This document shows positions 1 to 13,960 of a stretch of DNA of 64,000 nt, piece after piece. Under the pieces are notes generated by a model. It made no database searches and was not told the origin of the DNA. It saw nothing but the letters and a program-made list of their open reading frames with translations. Numbering within the stretch: the stretch's first letter is position 1; the number at the start of each line of letters is the position of its first letter. The stretch spans positions 65,224,001 through 65,288,000 of the forward strand of contig OX638154.1 in the NCBI GenBank assembly GCA_951804945.1. The letters are read 5' to 3'. Made by a program: the position numbers and the translations under genes. Source of the DNA: Podarcis cretensis (taxonomy: Eukaryota).

Positions 1-129
1 CTCTATCTGAGGCCTATTGGAGATTTATTAAACCTTCAGGGTTTTTTGCAGTTAGTAGCAAAGGACTGAAAAATGTATTTTATTAATATACATACTAGTT
101 ATAAAACACCACTTTGGCTTTCACCTTTG

Positions 130-1229
130 GAGGCCATAGCGGTGAAAAAGAAAAATATGATGGAAAGTTGGGTAACTTATAGAAATTTATTTAGAGAGAA
201 GGGTGGAGAATTTAACTTAAAAGAGTTTAAGAATCAGGAATGTTAATAACATGATTACAATATCATCATTTGAATGAAATATTTAAAAAGGATATGAAGT
301 AGGGGTTTGGGGAACAACTATCCCAATTAGAAAGAGACCTGTTAAATTGTAGTGTTAAAGTGATGTCTGAAATGTACAGGATGTTATTGGAATGGGAGAC
401 AAAGGATGAACAAGTGAAATTTTCAATGATACACTGGGCAATAGATGTTGGTCATAATATAGAAATGGAAGCATGGGAACGATTGTGGAACACGGATATA
501 ACATTTACAGCATGTTATAATTTAAGAGAAAATTATATGAAAATGCTATATAGATGGTACCTAACTCCTAGTAGTTTGCCAAAAATGTACAAATCAAAGT
601 CAAATACTTGTTGGAAATGTAAAGAGAAAGAAGGTTCCCTTTTCAAATGTGGTGGTCTTGTAATAAGGTTAAAGCTTACTGGGAAATTATATATAATGAA
701 TTGAAAAATATGTTTAAGATGACCGTAAAACCCCCCCAGAAGCTTTTCTCTTTGGAATTATAGGATTAGAATGACTCAAACAATATAGAAATTTATTCAT
801 GTATGCAACTACAACTGCAAGAATGTTATTTACTCAAAAATGGAAAGATGAAGAGGTGCTGACGAAAGAAGATTGGATACAGAAACTAATGGAGTATGTA
901 GAAATGGCAAAACTTACTGGAAGAATAAGAAATCAAGGCAACAAACTTTTTAGAAAGGAGTGGAAGTGGTTTATTGAATATTTACAAACAAACTGTAAAC
1001 AGATTAGGACATTGGCAGGATTATTGTAAAAACCTGCAGTTAAAAAAAGAGAGAGAGATATTAGAATAGATAAATAAAAGAATAAGTTCAGACAATTTTG
1101 AGTATGCAGGAAAGGATAAAAATAAATGTAAGGAACCACAGAAAGAGGGGGGAAAGGGAGTTGAAATTGAAAATGTTAAAACTTGGCAAAATAATTATTG
1201 TAATGTCTATAAATAAGAATATAAATTTT
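130..1229 (+). mobile_element. L1-clade LINE, 5'-truncated 3' fragment (ORF2 C-terminal Cys-rich region plus 3' UTR), frameshifted
   Basis: ORFs 360-704 and 799-1029 give WERLW…MKMLYRWYLTP…CWKCKEKEG-(frameshift)-MWWSC…PEAFLFG…YATTTARML…W…EDWIQKL, typical of the C-terminal Zn-binding region of non-mammalian L1 ORF2. An A-rich 3' UTR follows. Boundaries are approximate. Confidence 0.85.
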
Positions 1230-4200
1230 ACACACACAGAGACGTGACATTCTCCGGCTCCCCAATATATGCTGTGCAGATGTCATATTTTCCCTTTTGC
1301 CAGTGTCCTATAAACACAGTTAGAAACCTCTATTTAAATATAAATCTTGTTTGTTTTATTTAAAAAACCCTGCTTTTGAATATAAATATTTAAAAGCAGT
1401 TATTTTTAAAAAGTAACCAACTACAGCATTATATATGTGAGCAGTCTTCATTCTGGACCTAGGCCTCTGGGGAGTAATTTGAGACATCCTTTCCCAACAG
1501 ACTGGCACCATGATAGTATTATATACTCCAGCTGAGTATTCTGACTAAGAGTACAGCACAATCTAACAGGTACTCGGCACATTTATGGGGGAAAGAGCAC
1601 TGCAGTTTAGTCAGGTGACCTTTCCTTGCCTGAAATGTCAATGCTGTGGCTGCAGTGATGCTACAGTTATATTATGGTGCTGACCTTCTGCTAGGGAGTT
1701 TGGAAAGCTCCCTGCCCTTTCCACACTACCTGACAGATGACAGGATCATCTGCTGGGCAAGAAAAGAGTGCTGGGATGCAGTCCAGATGTTCTTCAACAG
1801 TGCAGTAATATATTTTGCAAAGTTCACCAGAACCTTTCCCCAATAGATCAATGCCTATTTGGATGAAGAGGTTGGATAGAATGCTTACAAAGGTATTCAA
1901 AATGCATAAGATTGTGCTGAAAGTGACTGTTGCTACTCCTAAGTAAGATTCTGAGAGCAGCAGTGACCATGTCATTTGAAGAGGGGAAATGAGGAGGAAA
2001 GATTGCAAAGTGTGCATGTGGTGGATTTATCTCCTACTACAAGTGTTTCAATTAATACCCTGGTTAGTATGTTTTGCAAAACAAATTTGCTTCCATACTG
2101 CATATATCCCCAGAAGATAGTACTTAAAGAGCAATAGGGTATAGGAGTCATCCCTTTCCATGAATTTTGAGGCATTCTTATTATCATCTTCATCATCCAT
2201 TCACTATATATAATGGCAAGCTTCTATTTGTACTTGCAATTTTTCTATTCAGTTTGTCCCATTTATAGAGAGATGCAAGTACTGTAGCTAAAAATAAAAA
2301 CCAGTAGTTTACATTAAGCAGGGAAAGGCGTTCGTCTTAACCTAGGTCAGGGGCAATGTGAACAGTTGGCTAAAGGACATTGCTAATTCACTGAAAATGT
2401 AATTCCCAAATTATTCTGTTGGGGACATGTCTCTGAGGACTGTGTTGCTTGGTTGCAGCTCAGTATTGATTGAAGATAATGCAATTGTCTGAATTAATGA
2501 TTAGATGTTTATAAATTCTCATGATTACTTATGGTGTGTGCTGGCATGATAAAAAAGTTGGCTGAAAAGGGACAGTTAAAAATACTGTCTTTGGGATTTC
2601 CAATCAGAGTAAGCAGAACATAAAAGCAGACCCTTATAATGCGAATTTTTCAGTTCCTTAGATGGCAGCTTGCTGGAGTAGAAATATACCTTCACTCCTG
2701 TAGAACTATTCCTATATTTTAATTAAGTATTTTAATTTCATAATGAAATTGAAAGTTGAGCTTGCTGTAAGATGCAGTTAGGCAGTATCACGAAAGGCGT
2801 GTGGTTGTGGGTGTGCCTGCTTGTGACCTACATCCTCCTAGTAACATTGGGAAATGAAACACATAAAGCTGTGTTCTGTATTGCTAGCAAGGTACACATG
2901 GCAGCTAATGAATTGGAATGAGGCATGGAAAAACTGGATGCAATTAGGACATGTCTTGTGCTTTTTTTGCTGAGAAGATGTGTGAGTCGCTTCACAGAAG
3001 TCTCACATTTCCTGTAACACGTACTTAGGTCAGCTTTTGGTTTGATCCTGTCGGATTCTTATGTTTGTATGTGTTTTAACCTACAAAGACGAGTCTCTAT
3101 TTCATGTATCCTTGGAACAGCGTCCTGTGAGATGACCTACTATTCAGATAATGAGAATAACACTTTCTAAAAGAATGAGATCACATTATGAGAGGTGGAA
3201 GGAGGTTTAATTTTGGATATCTGCCTTCAAAATTATTTTTAAGATGTTCTGGGAAGACAATATTCTTTGTAATAAGAATTCAGTAGCACTGGGATGGAAC
3301 ATAGTATGCCTCTCTTTCTTTTCTTGTGGTTAATATAAGGTTATTAGACAATTTGCAAAACATAACTTTATATCCTTGCATGTTGACAACCATCATTTGC
3401 GGTACTTTCAAGCAAGCATTTTGCTTTTTTGTGTAAATAATTATTGAGCACCTAAATATTATTGGTCCATCTTGTAAACAGCATACAAGTTCAAAGATTT
3501 ATAGTTTGTACTGAGCAGTTTGTATCCATGGTGTCTTTCTACAAGAAGATGGAGGTACTTGCAGTGCATATAGTTTAAAGAAATGTGAACAACAAAAATG
3601 GCTTTTTATGCCAGAAATATATTGCCATGCTCATTGTTTAAAATAAGTTTTAGTAGTTCCAAACATTATTTTCAGATTAAATGTGTATTTTTAAAAGTAT
3701 TTTAAGTGGAACATCTCAGACTGCATATTCAGTGCTGCTACATGCTTAGTTCTTCCTTCAGAAAGTCGTTCCAATTAAGTTATTTATTTTAGGAATGTTG
3801 GTTGGGGACATTGCTGCAGCTGCCTGACATCTTCTTTCCCCTAGAATGCCTATGGGGTTGGCTGAGCATAATGCTTGGTTTGCTTACATTCTTCTCAATC
3901 ACTCCCCCCCCCCCATCACTTGCCTCCTCCAAAAGTCTGAATTAAATGCTTATTTCACTTGAATATTATTCAGTGTAACCCGTTTCCCCATCTGCCCAAT
4001 TTCTCTTCCTTCCACCTGTACATACCCCCTTCCAAGTACTGTTGCTTATCTTTAGAATTTTCTTAACTGAGCATGTGCAGCCTTATTACTTTCCCTGCCT
4101 CTTGCACATGCTTTTTTTCCTTCCTTTTTTTTAAAAAAAAACACTAATGGAAATTCATGGTTTTCTGCATACTTTCAGAGTTACTTTGCTAAACTGCCAC

Positions 4201-5672
4201 CTAGTCTTCAGTGTTCTGCTCGTGTCTGTTCATGGAATGTCCATTAGGGGCGTGATTATACACCTGCATTTCTTTAAATATAGTTTTTTGAAGGACAATT
4301 ATACAGAGTTTTTCTGCTTTCTACAGATAACAATTTTACCAGAAAATAATTGCATTAAAAAGTGAAGTGTTTGCCTTGCATTTATTATTTAAGTCATAGC
4401 ACAGTAAGCTATACTTAGTTGCATATGCTTTGTTTGTAGAAAAAAAAACCCCTGTTTTCATTTCCAGCAGTTCTAGTTAAAAGATCTTGAGTCATAAACC
4501 TGAATAAAGATTTATGATTGAAGCCTTGTAGAAATGGTATCAGAATATATTGTAAATAAGTTGTGTATATCACATTTCTGTCTTTAATAATTGACAGTTA
4601 TCTTGCTTATCATTGATAAAGCCATTAGGCAATTATGTATTTGGTGTAAGTAGCTCATTTTACATTGTATTTGCTGAAGATCAGGTATATCATAGCAAAG
4701 ATTATTATAATAACATAGAATTTATACATATCATATTACACATAGATATGTGCAGAAACCCATCATGCTACTTACTATGTGCATCAAAAAGATAGAAGAG
4801 GTGGGAAGAGTGTGGCACCATCTTTGCATGAAGGCTGCACCTGCATATTGAAAAACTTGTCTCCAGTTTTTTAATCCAAAGCACCTGTTCATATTTTACT
4901 TTAAATAATTATTGATCAGACATATAATGTTGTCTTTTTCCTTGATGCATCATTTTATTTGACTGTACTTCCAGTTATAGCTTTTGGAGTTGTTTAGATA
5001 AAGGTAGTAATTAGAGTACTAGTTATACTGGCAGTCTATTGAACACTTTTACAGTCATCCTGAAAGATTGTAGAAGAAGTTAATTAGAAGTCAGTACCAG
5101 GGCATCTCCCTGAAAAGTCCTACTAAAACTTTTAAAACAATTCCTGCGTTACAATTGAATTTGGAATTTGAAATGACTCTTGTGTAGGTACAATTAATGA
5201 TCCTCCACATTCTGTTATAGAATCATTCTGACTTTCATTGTCTTTGTTCATCAGTTCTCATTTATTTATATCTTAACTGTTTTCAGTTTGAATTAATCCT
5301 ACGTGAACATGATTGACTAAACTGAACAGTTCGTATCAGGTTGCCTGTTCCCTTTGTAAACAAGACACTTGTTTTTCCAGTGACTTGGGAGAGTATACCG
5401 TCTGGTTGCAGACAGTCTGTTTGAATTAACTATCACCTACCAGTGATGTCAGCACCTTCCCACGCACTAAGATACTTTGTTCTATACTTTAGTCCTAAGA
5501 TATTTTATTCCGCTTGAAGAAGTTAGGTGTCGTGGGAAAACTAAATTCCCTAGAGTACCTCTGCTGCCGCTGTTGCAGGATCTGAGATGCTAGGAAATGA
5601 GTAATGGAGTTCTTCCACTAGAGAGACCTCCCTTCTTTAGCGGCTGTCCACATAAGGACAGGTAAGCGGGGA

Positions 5673-5942
5673 AAAAAGAAGAAGAAGAAGAAAAAGAAGA
5701 AGAAGAAAAGAGTTTGGATTTGATATCCCGCTTTATCACTACCCGAAGGAGTCTCAAAGTGGTTAACATTCTCCTTTCTCTTCCTCCCCCACAACAAACA
5801 CTATGTGAGGTGAGTGGGGCTGAGAGACTTCAGAGAAGTGTGATTGGCCCAAGGTCACCCAGCAGCTGCATGTGGAGGAACGGAGACGCGAACCCGGTTC
5901 CCCAGATTACCAGTCTATTGCTCTTAACCACTATAACACACT
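5673..5942 (-). mobile_element. tRNA-derived CORE SINE (Squam3-like) with (TTC)n tail
   Basis: The minus strand starts with a tRNA-like head (AGTGTGTTATAGTGGTTAAGAGC; B-box-like GGTTCGCGTC). It continues with the CORE segment GCTGGGTGACCTTGGGCCAATCAC…CTCAGCCCCACTCACCTCACA and ends in a (TTC)n tail, seen as (GAA)n at about 5677-5710. Confidence 0.85.
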
Positions 5943-6771
5943 AAAGAGAATGGAGAGTAGGGCAGAGAAGCTCACAGTGTAGCAATTTGTTGGGAGGTAT
6001 CTGAACCCTGTTATAACCCCAGTTAGGTCATCAGGTATATTATGGCATCTGAATTTCAAAACAGGGTTTTTGAAATTCAGATCCCATCATATACCTGTTT
6101 CCTGATTTTACAAAACCTGCTTAGTTTGCTCAGCCCAGTTTGAATTGACCTGAGGGATGTTTTCCCAGCACCATCTGCAACTTGCATTTGCAATCTGTGC
6201 TTGTTCATCTTGCAGGATTTTTTTGCTGATAGTCATTTCCCCCTATTTTATAACATTTTGTTGTATCATAGTACCAAACAGTTTACCAACATAACATTTC
6301 TAATTATTTACTTGTCTATATAAGTAGATATTTTCTAAAAACAAATGATAGCTTATATTCCTAAAATTATTTCAGTGCACTAAGCATAAAATTGTATTTG
6401 CACACCTAAAAAGCAGTTCTTAAACACAAAGCCATGGCACCACCACCACCCCTCCCAATTTTTTATTTTTTAGGTCTAACTGATACAGGGTTCTGCTTCA
6501 CTGCTGAAATGCCTGTACTGTTTAACAAAATGTTTAGAAAAATAATAATCCAAAATTAGTTATACATGTTCTCAATTTCCATTCAATTTCCTGCCTGTTG
6601 ACATCTCAGATTAATTCATTTCCTATAACATTTTTAATTAAATATAAATTAGATTGGCTAGGACATTTTTCACTATAACATGACATCTCTTAATCGCCAG
6701 TGTTATGTTAATACTACTCAAGGTTGAATTTCCTTTGAAATGAGACACAATACTTGATTAGGAGTTAAGAC

Positions 6772-7310
6772 TATAAGAAGAGCCCTGCTAGATCAGACTG
6801 CCATGCTGTTGTCACACTGGCCAACCAGATTGCTATGAGAAGTCTGCAAGCGATACAGACACAACAGACCTCCTCAGCAACAGGTATTCAGAAGCATATT
6901 CTCTCTGGTAGTACACAGCCTAATAACCATTGATAACCTCCGTGAATTTGTCTACCCACCTTTTAAAACATCCAAGTTGGTGGCCATTACTTTATATACA
7001 TTACGATCTATACATTATCTGTACTCTGTCTGAAGTATTTGTGTCTGTCTTGACTCTTACAACATTCAGCTGCATTGGATGTCCTTGGATTCTAGTATAT
7101 TCAGGGAGAGATAAAAACTTACTGATTTCCATTTTCTGCATTTCATGCATAATCTTATACAGCGCTATCATGTCCCCCCTTCCCTCCCCCCCCCCGAAAT
7201 TTCCAAACCCTTTCTCATAGAGGAGTTGTTCCTAGCCACATTATCATTTTGGTTGCCATTTTCTTAACCTGCTCCAGTTCTGTAACATTCTATTTGAGGT
7301 GCAGCAACCA
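6772..7310 (-). mobile_element. CR1 LINE 3' fragment, degenerate
   Basis: Begins with ATAAGAAGAGCCCTGCTAGATCAG, matching the antisense of the squamate CR1 3' end, followed by decayed 3' UTR/ORF2 sequence. A related 3' end lies at 23851-23990. Confidence 0.7.
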
Positions 7311-7581
7311 TTGCAGGCTGGTAGAACCTACACTTGTTGGGACATCTAGGAGGTCCCGTGGGTGGGGTTTAGGTCCCCATGCTTCCCCATTGTGAGGAGG
7401 AGGTACTACTAAGTTAACCACTCTGTGGCTTCCCCCTCCCCTGGTTGAACTAAGAAAGGATCTTAATGCAACTTATTCTCATGAAAGTGGACGACGATTG
7501 CGGGCAGCATACATCATCCACTGAAATTAAATTGTAGCAATTACCCCAGTGTCATATTGTGAGCTTCATGGCTGAGGGAGG

Positions 7582-8539
7582 TTTTTTTTATTATTATTAA
7601 AATTTTTATTACATTTTCAGTTTACAGAAAAGAAAAAGAAGGACAAACCAGAAAAAAGAAAGAAAGAAAAACAATCCAACTTTCAAAATACATTTTTAGG
7701 TTACTAACTGGACTTCCCTACATCTCCCTCACCCTGCGTTCTTTACAATAAACATATCAGCAAATTATTACCTTGTTTCGTATCTTATTTATATCTTTCA
7801 GAGTGTTTTACTTCTAAATTTAAAGTACCTTTTGTCAAATATTTATACCTTAAGATAATACATAAAATAACTTTAAATTTCAACTTTTTTTTACTTATAA
7901 CTTAACTTTCTATTTTCCTAATCTAATTGCAGGAGCTAAAATTTCCAAGTCATGCAGATTCTTAACATTCATACAACTTATAATGTTTTTGTAAATAGGC
8001 CTTAAATTTCTTCCAGTCCTCTTCCATTGTCTCTTCTCCCAGATCTCGGATTCTGCCAGTCATTTCAGCCAGTTCCATATAGTCCATCAACTGCGTCTGC
8101 CACTCTTCCAGCGTGGGAAGGTCTTGTATCTTCCAATATTTTGCAATGAGTATTCTTGCTGCTGTAGTTGCATACATAAAAAAGTTCTATCCTTCTTTAA
8201 CACCTTTTGGTCCACAATGCCCAGGAGGAAGGCCTCTGGTTTCTTAGGGAAGGTGTATCTAAACACCTTTTTTAACTCATTATAGATCATTTCCCAGAAG
8301 GCCTTCACTTTTGGACAAGTCCACCAAAGATGAAAGAATGTCCCTTCATCCTCCTTACATTTCCAACATTTATTATCAGACCGATGATATATTTTTGCAA
8401 GTTTGACTGGGGTCATGTACCACCTATATATCATTTTCATAATATTTTCCTTCAGGGCATTACATGCCGTGAATTTCATTTCAGTGGTCCATAACCTTTC
8501 CCAGTCTTCTAACATAATGTTGTACCCAATATCCTGAGG
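7582..8539 (-). mobile_element. L1-clade LINE, 5'-truncated, with poly-A tail and target-site duplication
   Basis: The minus strand encodes DWERLW…KMIYRWYMTP…CWKCKEDEGTFFHLWWTCPKVKAFW…PEAFLLG…YATTAARILIAKYWK. The T-rich tail starts at 7582. The TSD ATGGCTGAGGGAGG(TTTT) lies at 7568-7581 and 8540-8553. Confidence 0.93.
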
Positions 8540-11327
8540 ATGGCTGAGGGAGGTTTTGAATTCAGGTCTCCCAGGTTCAAGCCCTTTGAGGTGGTGATAG
8601 CAGCAGCTTGTGGGTATATGACTAGCTGCTGCAAGATGGGGTAACCACAGTAAAGATCTTGCTTCTTTCCTTATATGTTCACATTTACTTTGCAGAGCAG
8701 CCTCTAGAAACATGTTTATTTGTATGTGAGATGGAAGAAGTTCAGTAGAACTTACTTCCAGGCAAATGTGTATAGGTTTAATGTAGGATATATCGGCAGG
8801 TTCCAATCAACTGGGAAATCTTGATAAGAGTTTCTGGTGCCTTTAATGTACATTTAAAAATGCTCACTAAATTAGTGGAGGGCAGACTTCAAGCTTGTGT
8901 GTCTGGGATCTATTTTACTAAAACTCCAAGAGCCACCAACTACAGCCACTCTGTTAAGCAGCTTGTTTTGTTGTAATCACTGTTGCAGCCCCATCTCCCT
9001 GAAATAATTTCATATATAAATGTTTAATACATTTAGAGTTGCATTTATACAAACATATCTATGAGCCCTTTTGAACCCTATAGGAATTACATCTGAGTAG
9101 TCATGTATAGAATTGTGCTGGCACTCTCCACTTAAATTTAAAATGATTTAAATGCTATAAATATAAAGTTCCAAAAAATAATAATAATCACAACAAAACT
9201 GTTTAGGATAGCTTGCAATTTCAACAGAAGCCTCCATAATTCTCTCTCCTGTCCTATCAAAGAAATAGTTTCCCTTTGCAAGTTCTTGCATTCATTTCTC
9301 TCACCTATTTCTCTCATACTAGTCTTACAGTAGAAGCAAAAGGGGGGATTTTCCCTTCTTACCTCAGTCAAGGAAATGTCATGCATCTGCAAAAGTCCCG
9401 CCTCTCTGCTCTTTCATGCATGCACACACCACTAGGGACCAAGGGAGGAACTGATGAAGGGAATTACATGCTGCGCATTAAAAAGAGCAAAAAGCTTGGG
9501 GCTATGCAAGAATTTCCCCACCCCTCTCCCATGGAGATTAGACCTTAAGTTTTCTGCTTCCAGTTGTGGCTTCTGAGAGAGAGAGAAGCAAGAATATTGA
9601 AACAAGAAACACCCTACCCTCTCTGCCCTGTGCTTTCTGTGAGAGAGTAGCTTGATTTTATTTGTGTCCTCTCTTTGGAGACAAAAGAGCGATTTACTAC
9701 TAGAGATTTTTATAACTGGTGAAGGAGAGAAGATGGACAGAAACTACTCAGTCACCAGTGGGCTGGTTTGGTAGAAGGCAGCTTCCAACATTCCTGTGAC
9801 AATAAACATGCAGAATACAAAGCACTTACACTATTCACAGGTATTTTGCATTCAGTGCATTTCCATTACTAGAATAATCTCATGTTGAGAAATCACTAAT
9901 GAATATATCAGTCTTTATTCATTTTTTCTGCTAATAGACCTGATCAGAGATTTATTTCACAGGTTACAATACACTGTCTTAAGAGTCCACTTTGTGTTAA
10001 GACAATATAGGCTTTAATTATTCTATCATCCACTTTAGCCTTGCAAGCTCTCAGTTGGAAACTCCATAATCTACTTTCCAAGGTCTGTGTTTCTTCTGGT
10101 AAAACTCCTGCTCTGAATATTTATAGTTTATCAAAGCTTCAAATTTTAATGAAACTGCCACTTCAAACTGAAAGTTTTAGGACATGAATATCCTTTTGAT
10201 TTTCTAAATAAGATTAACTGCATTTCAACTGAACTAATCCTCAACTGTCTGATGATTCTCTGTGGACTGTCAGCAGTTTTAATAACTTTTAAGAAATCTT
10301 TACCTGTATTTGAAAAAATACACTGGCCTGGATCCATAACACAAGCTGTCCATGTGCGGAAATCACTACTGCATGTGCTTGAGATCATTCTTTCTGGCAT
10401 TAGCCCCCCCCCCTGCAATAAAGGGGACCTTTTGAAGGGATCCTTGAGATATCTACTGGAAGAGGGAGCTAAAAAGCTCCCATGTGCTATCCAAGGCTGC
10501 CCCTTCCTCATTAAACAGAGGAAGGTAACCTCCTCAGGCTAGGGAACAAGGAGGTGAAGAACAGAGCTTTTTTGCACCCTAAACTATCTTGATTCCTCTG
10601 GGTATGGTGGAAGACAATGTCCTGTCATCACTGATAAATTAAAATGCAACTGAGTCCTCTTGGATTCTACTTTGTGGAATGGAGGAACATCATTTTGTCC
10701 TACTCAGGTCGCCCTGATCTAGACTAAAGTCTGATTAGGAGAAAGCAGCATTTTAACATATCTTGGGAGTCTTGGAAATTGATGACTTATTTTACCTTCA
10801 TTTTCAGTTGTGAAGACATTTGTTATTCACTAACATTTGAGAAAATATATATATCAATGTGTGTGAAAATATTGTTCATCTTATACCTCACAGTGATAAC
10901 TACTTCTGATATGAAGCAGAACCTTCTATAGGGCTTTGTCATAGGAGAATATTGTTAGTCATAGAAGGAGGCAATATATACAGATTGGGTGCTCACATTT
11001 TTGTGTCTGTAGCTTACATAGGAACCTGGACAAATCATTTTCTACAAACTTAACAATAGTAGGCTTCATTGCCGTAGTAAAAATATTGAGAGAAAGCCTT
11101 GATGACACATGTTGTTCTTACATAGATTAAAAAAGAATGGCCAGCAATAGAGATCTAGTGTGTATTCAGATGTATGTATGTATGTGTTAACATTATTTTT
11201 TCTTTACCCCCTTTTACCTATATTTTATGGAAGTATTTTTCACAGATATAAATGATGTAAATGTTTAGATGGAATAACTTCTTTTATCTTGTATCTGACA
11301 AATTTAATTTAGTTTTATACAACATTT

Positions 11328-11516
11328 GTTGTTATTATTAAAACTGGTATACCACCCTTCATCTGTAGATCTCAGGGCAGATGACAACTTAAAAATACAA
11401 GATAAAAACTGCAAAATACATACTAAAAATAAGAACAAATACAAACCAATAACCCCCCCCCCATTCCCTCCCACAACACATTTAAAAGGGTATCATTGTT
11501 AATTAGCCAAAGGCCA
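11328..11516 (-). mobile_element. L2-type LINE 3' end
   Basis: TTATTATTA…TATACCACCCTTCATC…CTCAGGGCAG…ACAAC resembles the antisense of L2 3' termini with a (TAA)n tail. Confidence 0.55.
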
Positions 11517-13729
11517 AATGTAGTTTATTGGGAATTGTTTACCATGGCATAATTCTAATTGATTGGCAATAGATAGAAAATGAAAAGTAATGCAATATAT
11601 TTTAAGATCAGAGAAATTAAATAACAAATCATTTATTAGTGTATCTAGCTGCAGCTCAGCAGGTAGTTTTCTACCGCTTGACAGATTTGAGTAATTTCAT
11701 GCACAGTTGAACTTTTAAAAAGCAGAGAAGTACAATTATGAATTCTATTTCTCATTTAGTATAACTTCTTTATTCTACATGATCTTGCACAGTGCAAACT
11801 GCAAATATTTCTGTCCAGAATGATGACCTTGATATTTCCTGTTGAAATAAAAATCAGTATTGGAATTTAATAGTCTTGCAGAAGATTTTGTACTCTGGCA
11901 TTTTACCATCAATATATTGTTGCCAGTGTATTAATAAGCAGTGTGAACAAAAAGAATTAAAAACTCCTGAAATTTATGATATATTGTAACTGATCCTATG
12001 TCGTATGGATGTGGAACCAGTGGCATAGTTTGCTTGCTAGTTAAATATGTATTGGGAAAAGGTTTACCTGTTGATGATTTATTATGATTGTTGGGTGCTA
12101 GCCACGTAAATAGATCCATTACTGCAAGGACTTTTGGCTATGCGAAGGAACTTCTCTTCCTCTCCTTGTGTACTCCTATGTCTTCCAAAATCTGGAGCAG
12201 ATTTCAAAAGGACGTCAGAGTGCTCAGAGAGAGGAGAGGGAGAGGAAGTTTGTTGCACAAGCAGGAATCCTTGCTGATAGCAAATCTATTTTGTTGGATA
12301 TTATTTATAGCTGCTAGTGTAACAATAAAAAGGTAGCAACTCTGAGTGCTGTAGCCAAATGCACTTACTGTACCACTTTTGCCAGGTTATTTGAATTAAG
12401 GATTATTTTTAAATACAGTAATTTTAGTGAGATTAAAGCCAGTTTCTTAAAAATTTAATGAGAACTGACTATCTTTGTGCACATTAATCTGACTAAAAAT
12501 GAATTTGCAAGAAACTGGACATCACTAAAAGAGATTTTGATGATTAATGCAATGTAGGGCCACTAATTTAACACTTAGGAAAGGGATGGTGAACCTACAG
12601 GCTACCAGGATCTCTGTACTTCCCTTGGCATTCACACGCCTTCATTTAGGCACCACCTGACCTTCTTCAAGCCCTTTATTTAAGACTCTCATTATAACAG
12701 CAGCCAAAGCATAACAAAGTGCCCCTTGCAATATTTTTGTGATATTTGGCAACACTTTGGAAGTGTTCTGCTCACCTTTCTGCTGATGCTATAAAGAAGA
12801 AGCACTGTATGTCTAAAGCAGATAATCTGAATGGTAAGGATCCAAATGTCAGCAAGCTGAAGAAGTGACAGTGTTGTGTTCCGTTCTGCCTATTTCCATG
12901 AGCAGATTTAAATGACCAGTGGAAAAGTGAATGTTGTTTGTTTCTTAGGGAGGGTGTGTGTGTTAACGTAAAGGATAGATGAGAATAACTGGTGTGTGTG
13001 GTGGCAGTAGTGGGAGGGATGTGCTGAAACGGTACAGAAAGAAAACATTTTTCTTTTCCCTACTGACAATGGGGTAACCCCCTACAGTTGATCTAGCCTG
13101 AAAAAGTAAGAGTCACATCTGCTATGCCAACCACTTTTTGGTCCAGCCCCACCTATTGCTGAAATGGATCTCCTGATAGCTTTTCACCAAGATAGTGCAG
13201 TTCTTACTGACGTAGGCATGAGAAACTGAAATTTGAATGAGAAGGGCACCTAACTACAAAAACAAAGAAAAAGAACCACAAGCAAGAAGTGTAAAACCTT
13301 TGACAACGCAGATGGCAAGGTTCCCTTCAAGGAATCATGAAGGTTTAGCACTTGCATAGATGAATCACTTGGATAATATTACAGAAATTATGTAATTGCA
13401 ATTTTATACTGCAGTGTTTGACATTTTCTCAGAATAATGTTAAGGTCATATTAGCTTTGTCTTTAGTCAATTATGAAGAAAACCACCTTGTCTCTATTTC
13501 CGTAGCATGTTCTCTCAGCTTCTACTTTATGCACCATTATGACAATATTATGTTAATAGAGAAGGACATTCATTCTGGATTCTTGGTTTCTGCTCCTGAA
13601 ATTCGTACTTCCTGGCTACAGTCATTTAATCTTTTTATATTTAGGTTTTTCCATTTGTAAGAACAGATATTATTTCAGAGAGTGAACAGACATCCATAGG
13701 GAAAAGTAGTTATTTGGATAATTTGGTCC

Positions 13730-13960
13730 AATACACTTAGGGCTTTTAAAGGGAACCAGCATTTTGAATTGTGTTCGGAAATGGGCTGATGGCCTGCGCA
13801 GGTGGTACTGCAAGTGGGTGACCTAATTCTGACATTTAGCAAGTGTCAGGAGCTTTAGCGGCAGAATCCTGTTTTTGAAAAGTCTTTGAGGGCAATGGCA
13901 GCCCTATGTACAGCACAGTACTGTAAATCTGTTTGGATGTAACAAGTATATGTGTGACTT
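13730..13960 (-). mobile_element. L2 LINE ORF2 fragment, degenerate
   Basis: GGGCTTTTAAAGG…CCAGCATTTTGAATTGTGTTCGGAAATGG…GGCAGCCCTATGTACAGCACAG is antisense to the L2 C-terminal motifs (DYCN.LY.GLP; WLP..FR..FK.L), similar to the copy at 33090-34040. Confidence 0.55.

Noticed and set aside
8087-8806. 239-aa minus-strand ORF as a gene
   Set aside because: It is a chance fusion of flanking and SINE sequence with the truncated L1 ORF2; the junction coincides with the TSD at 8540.
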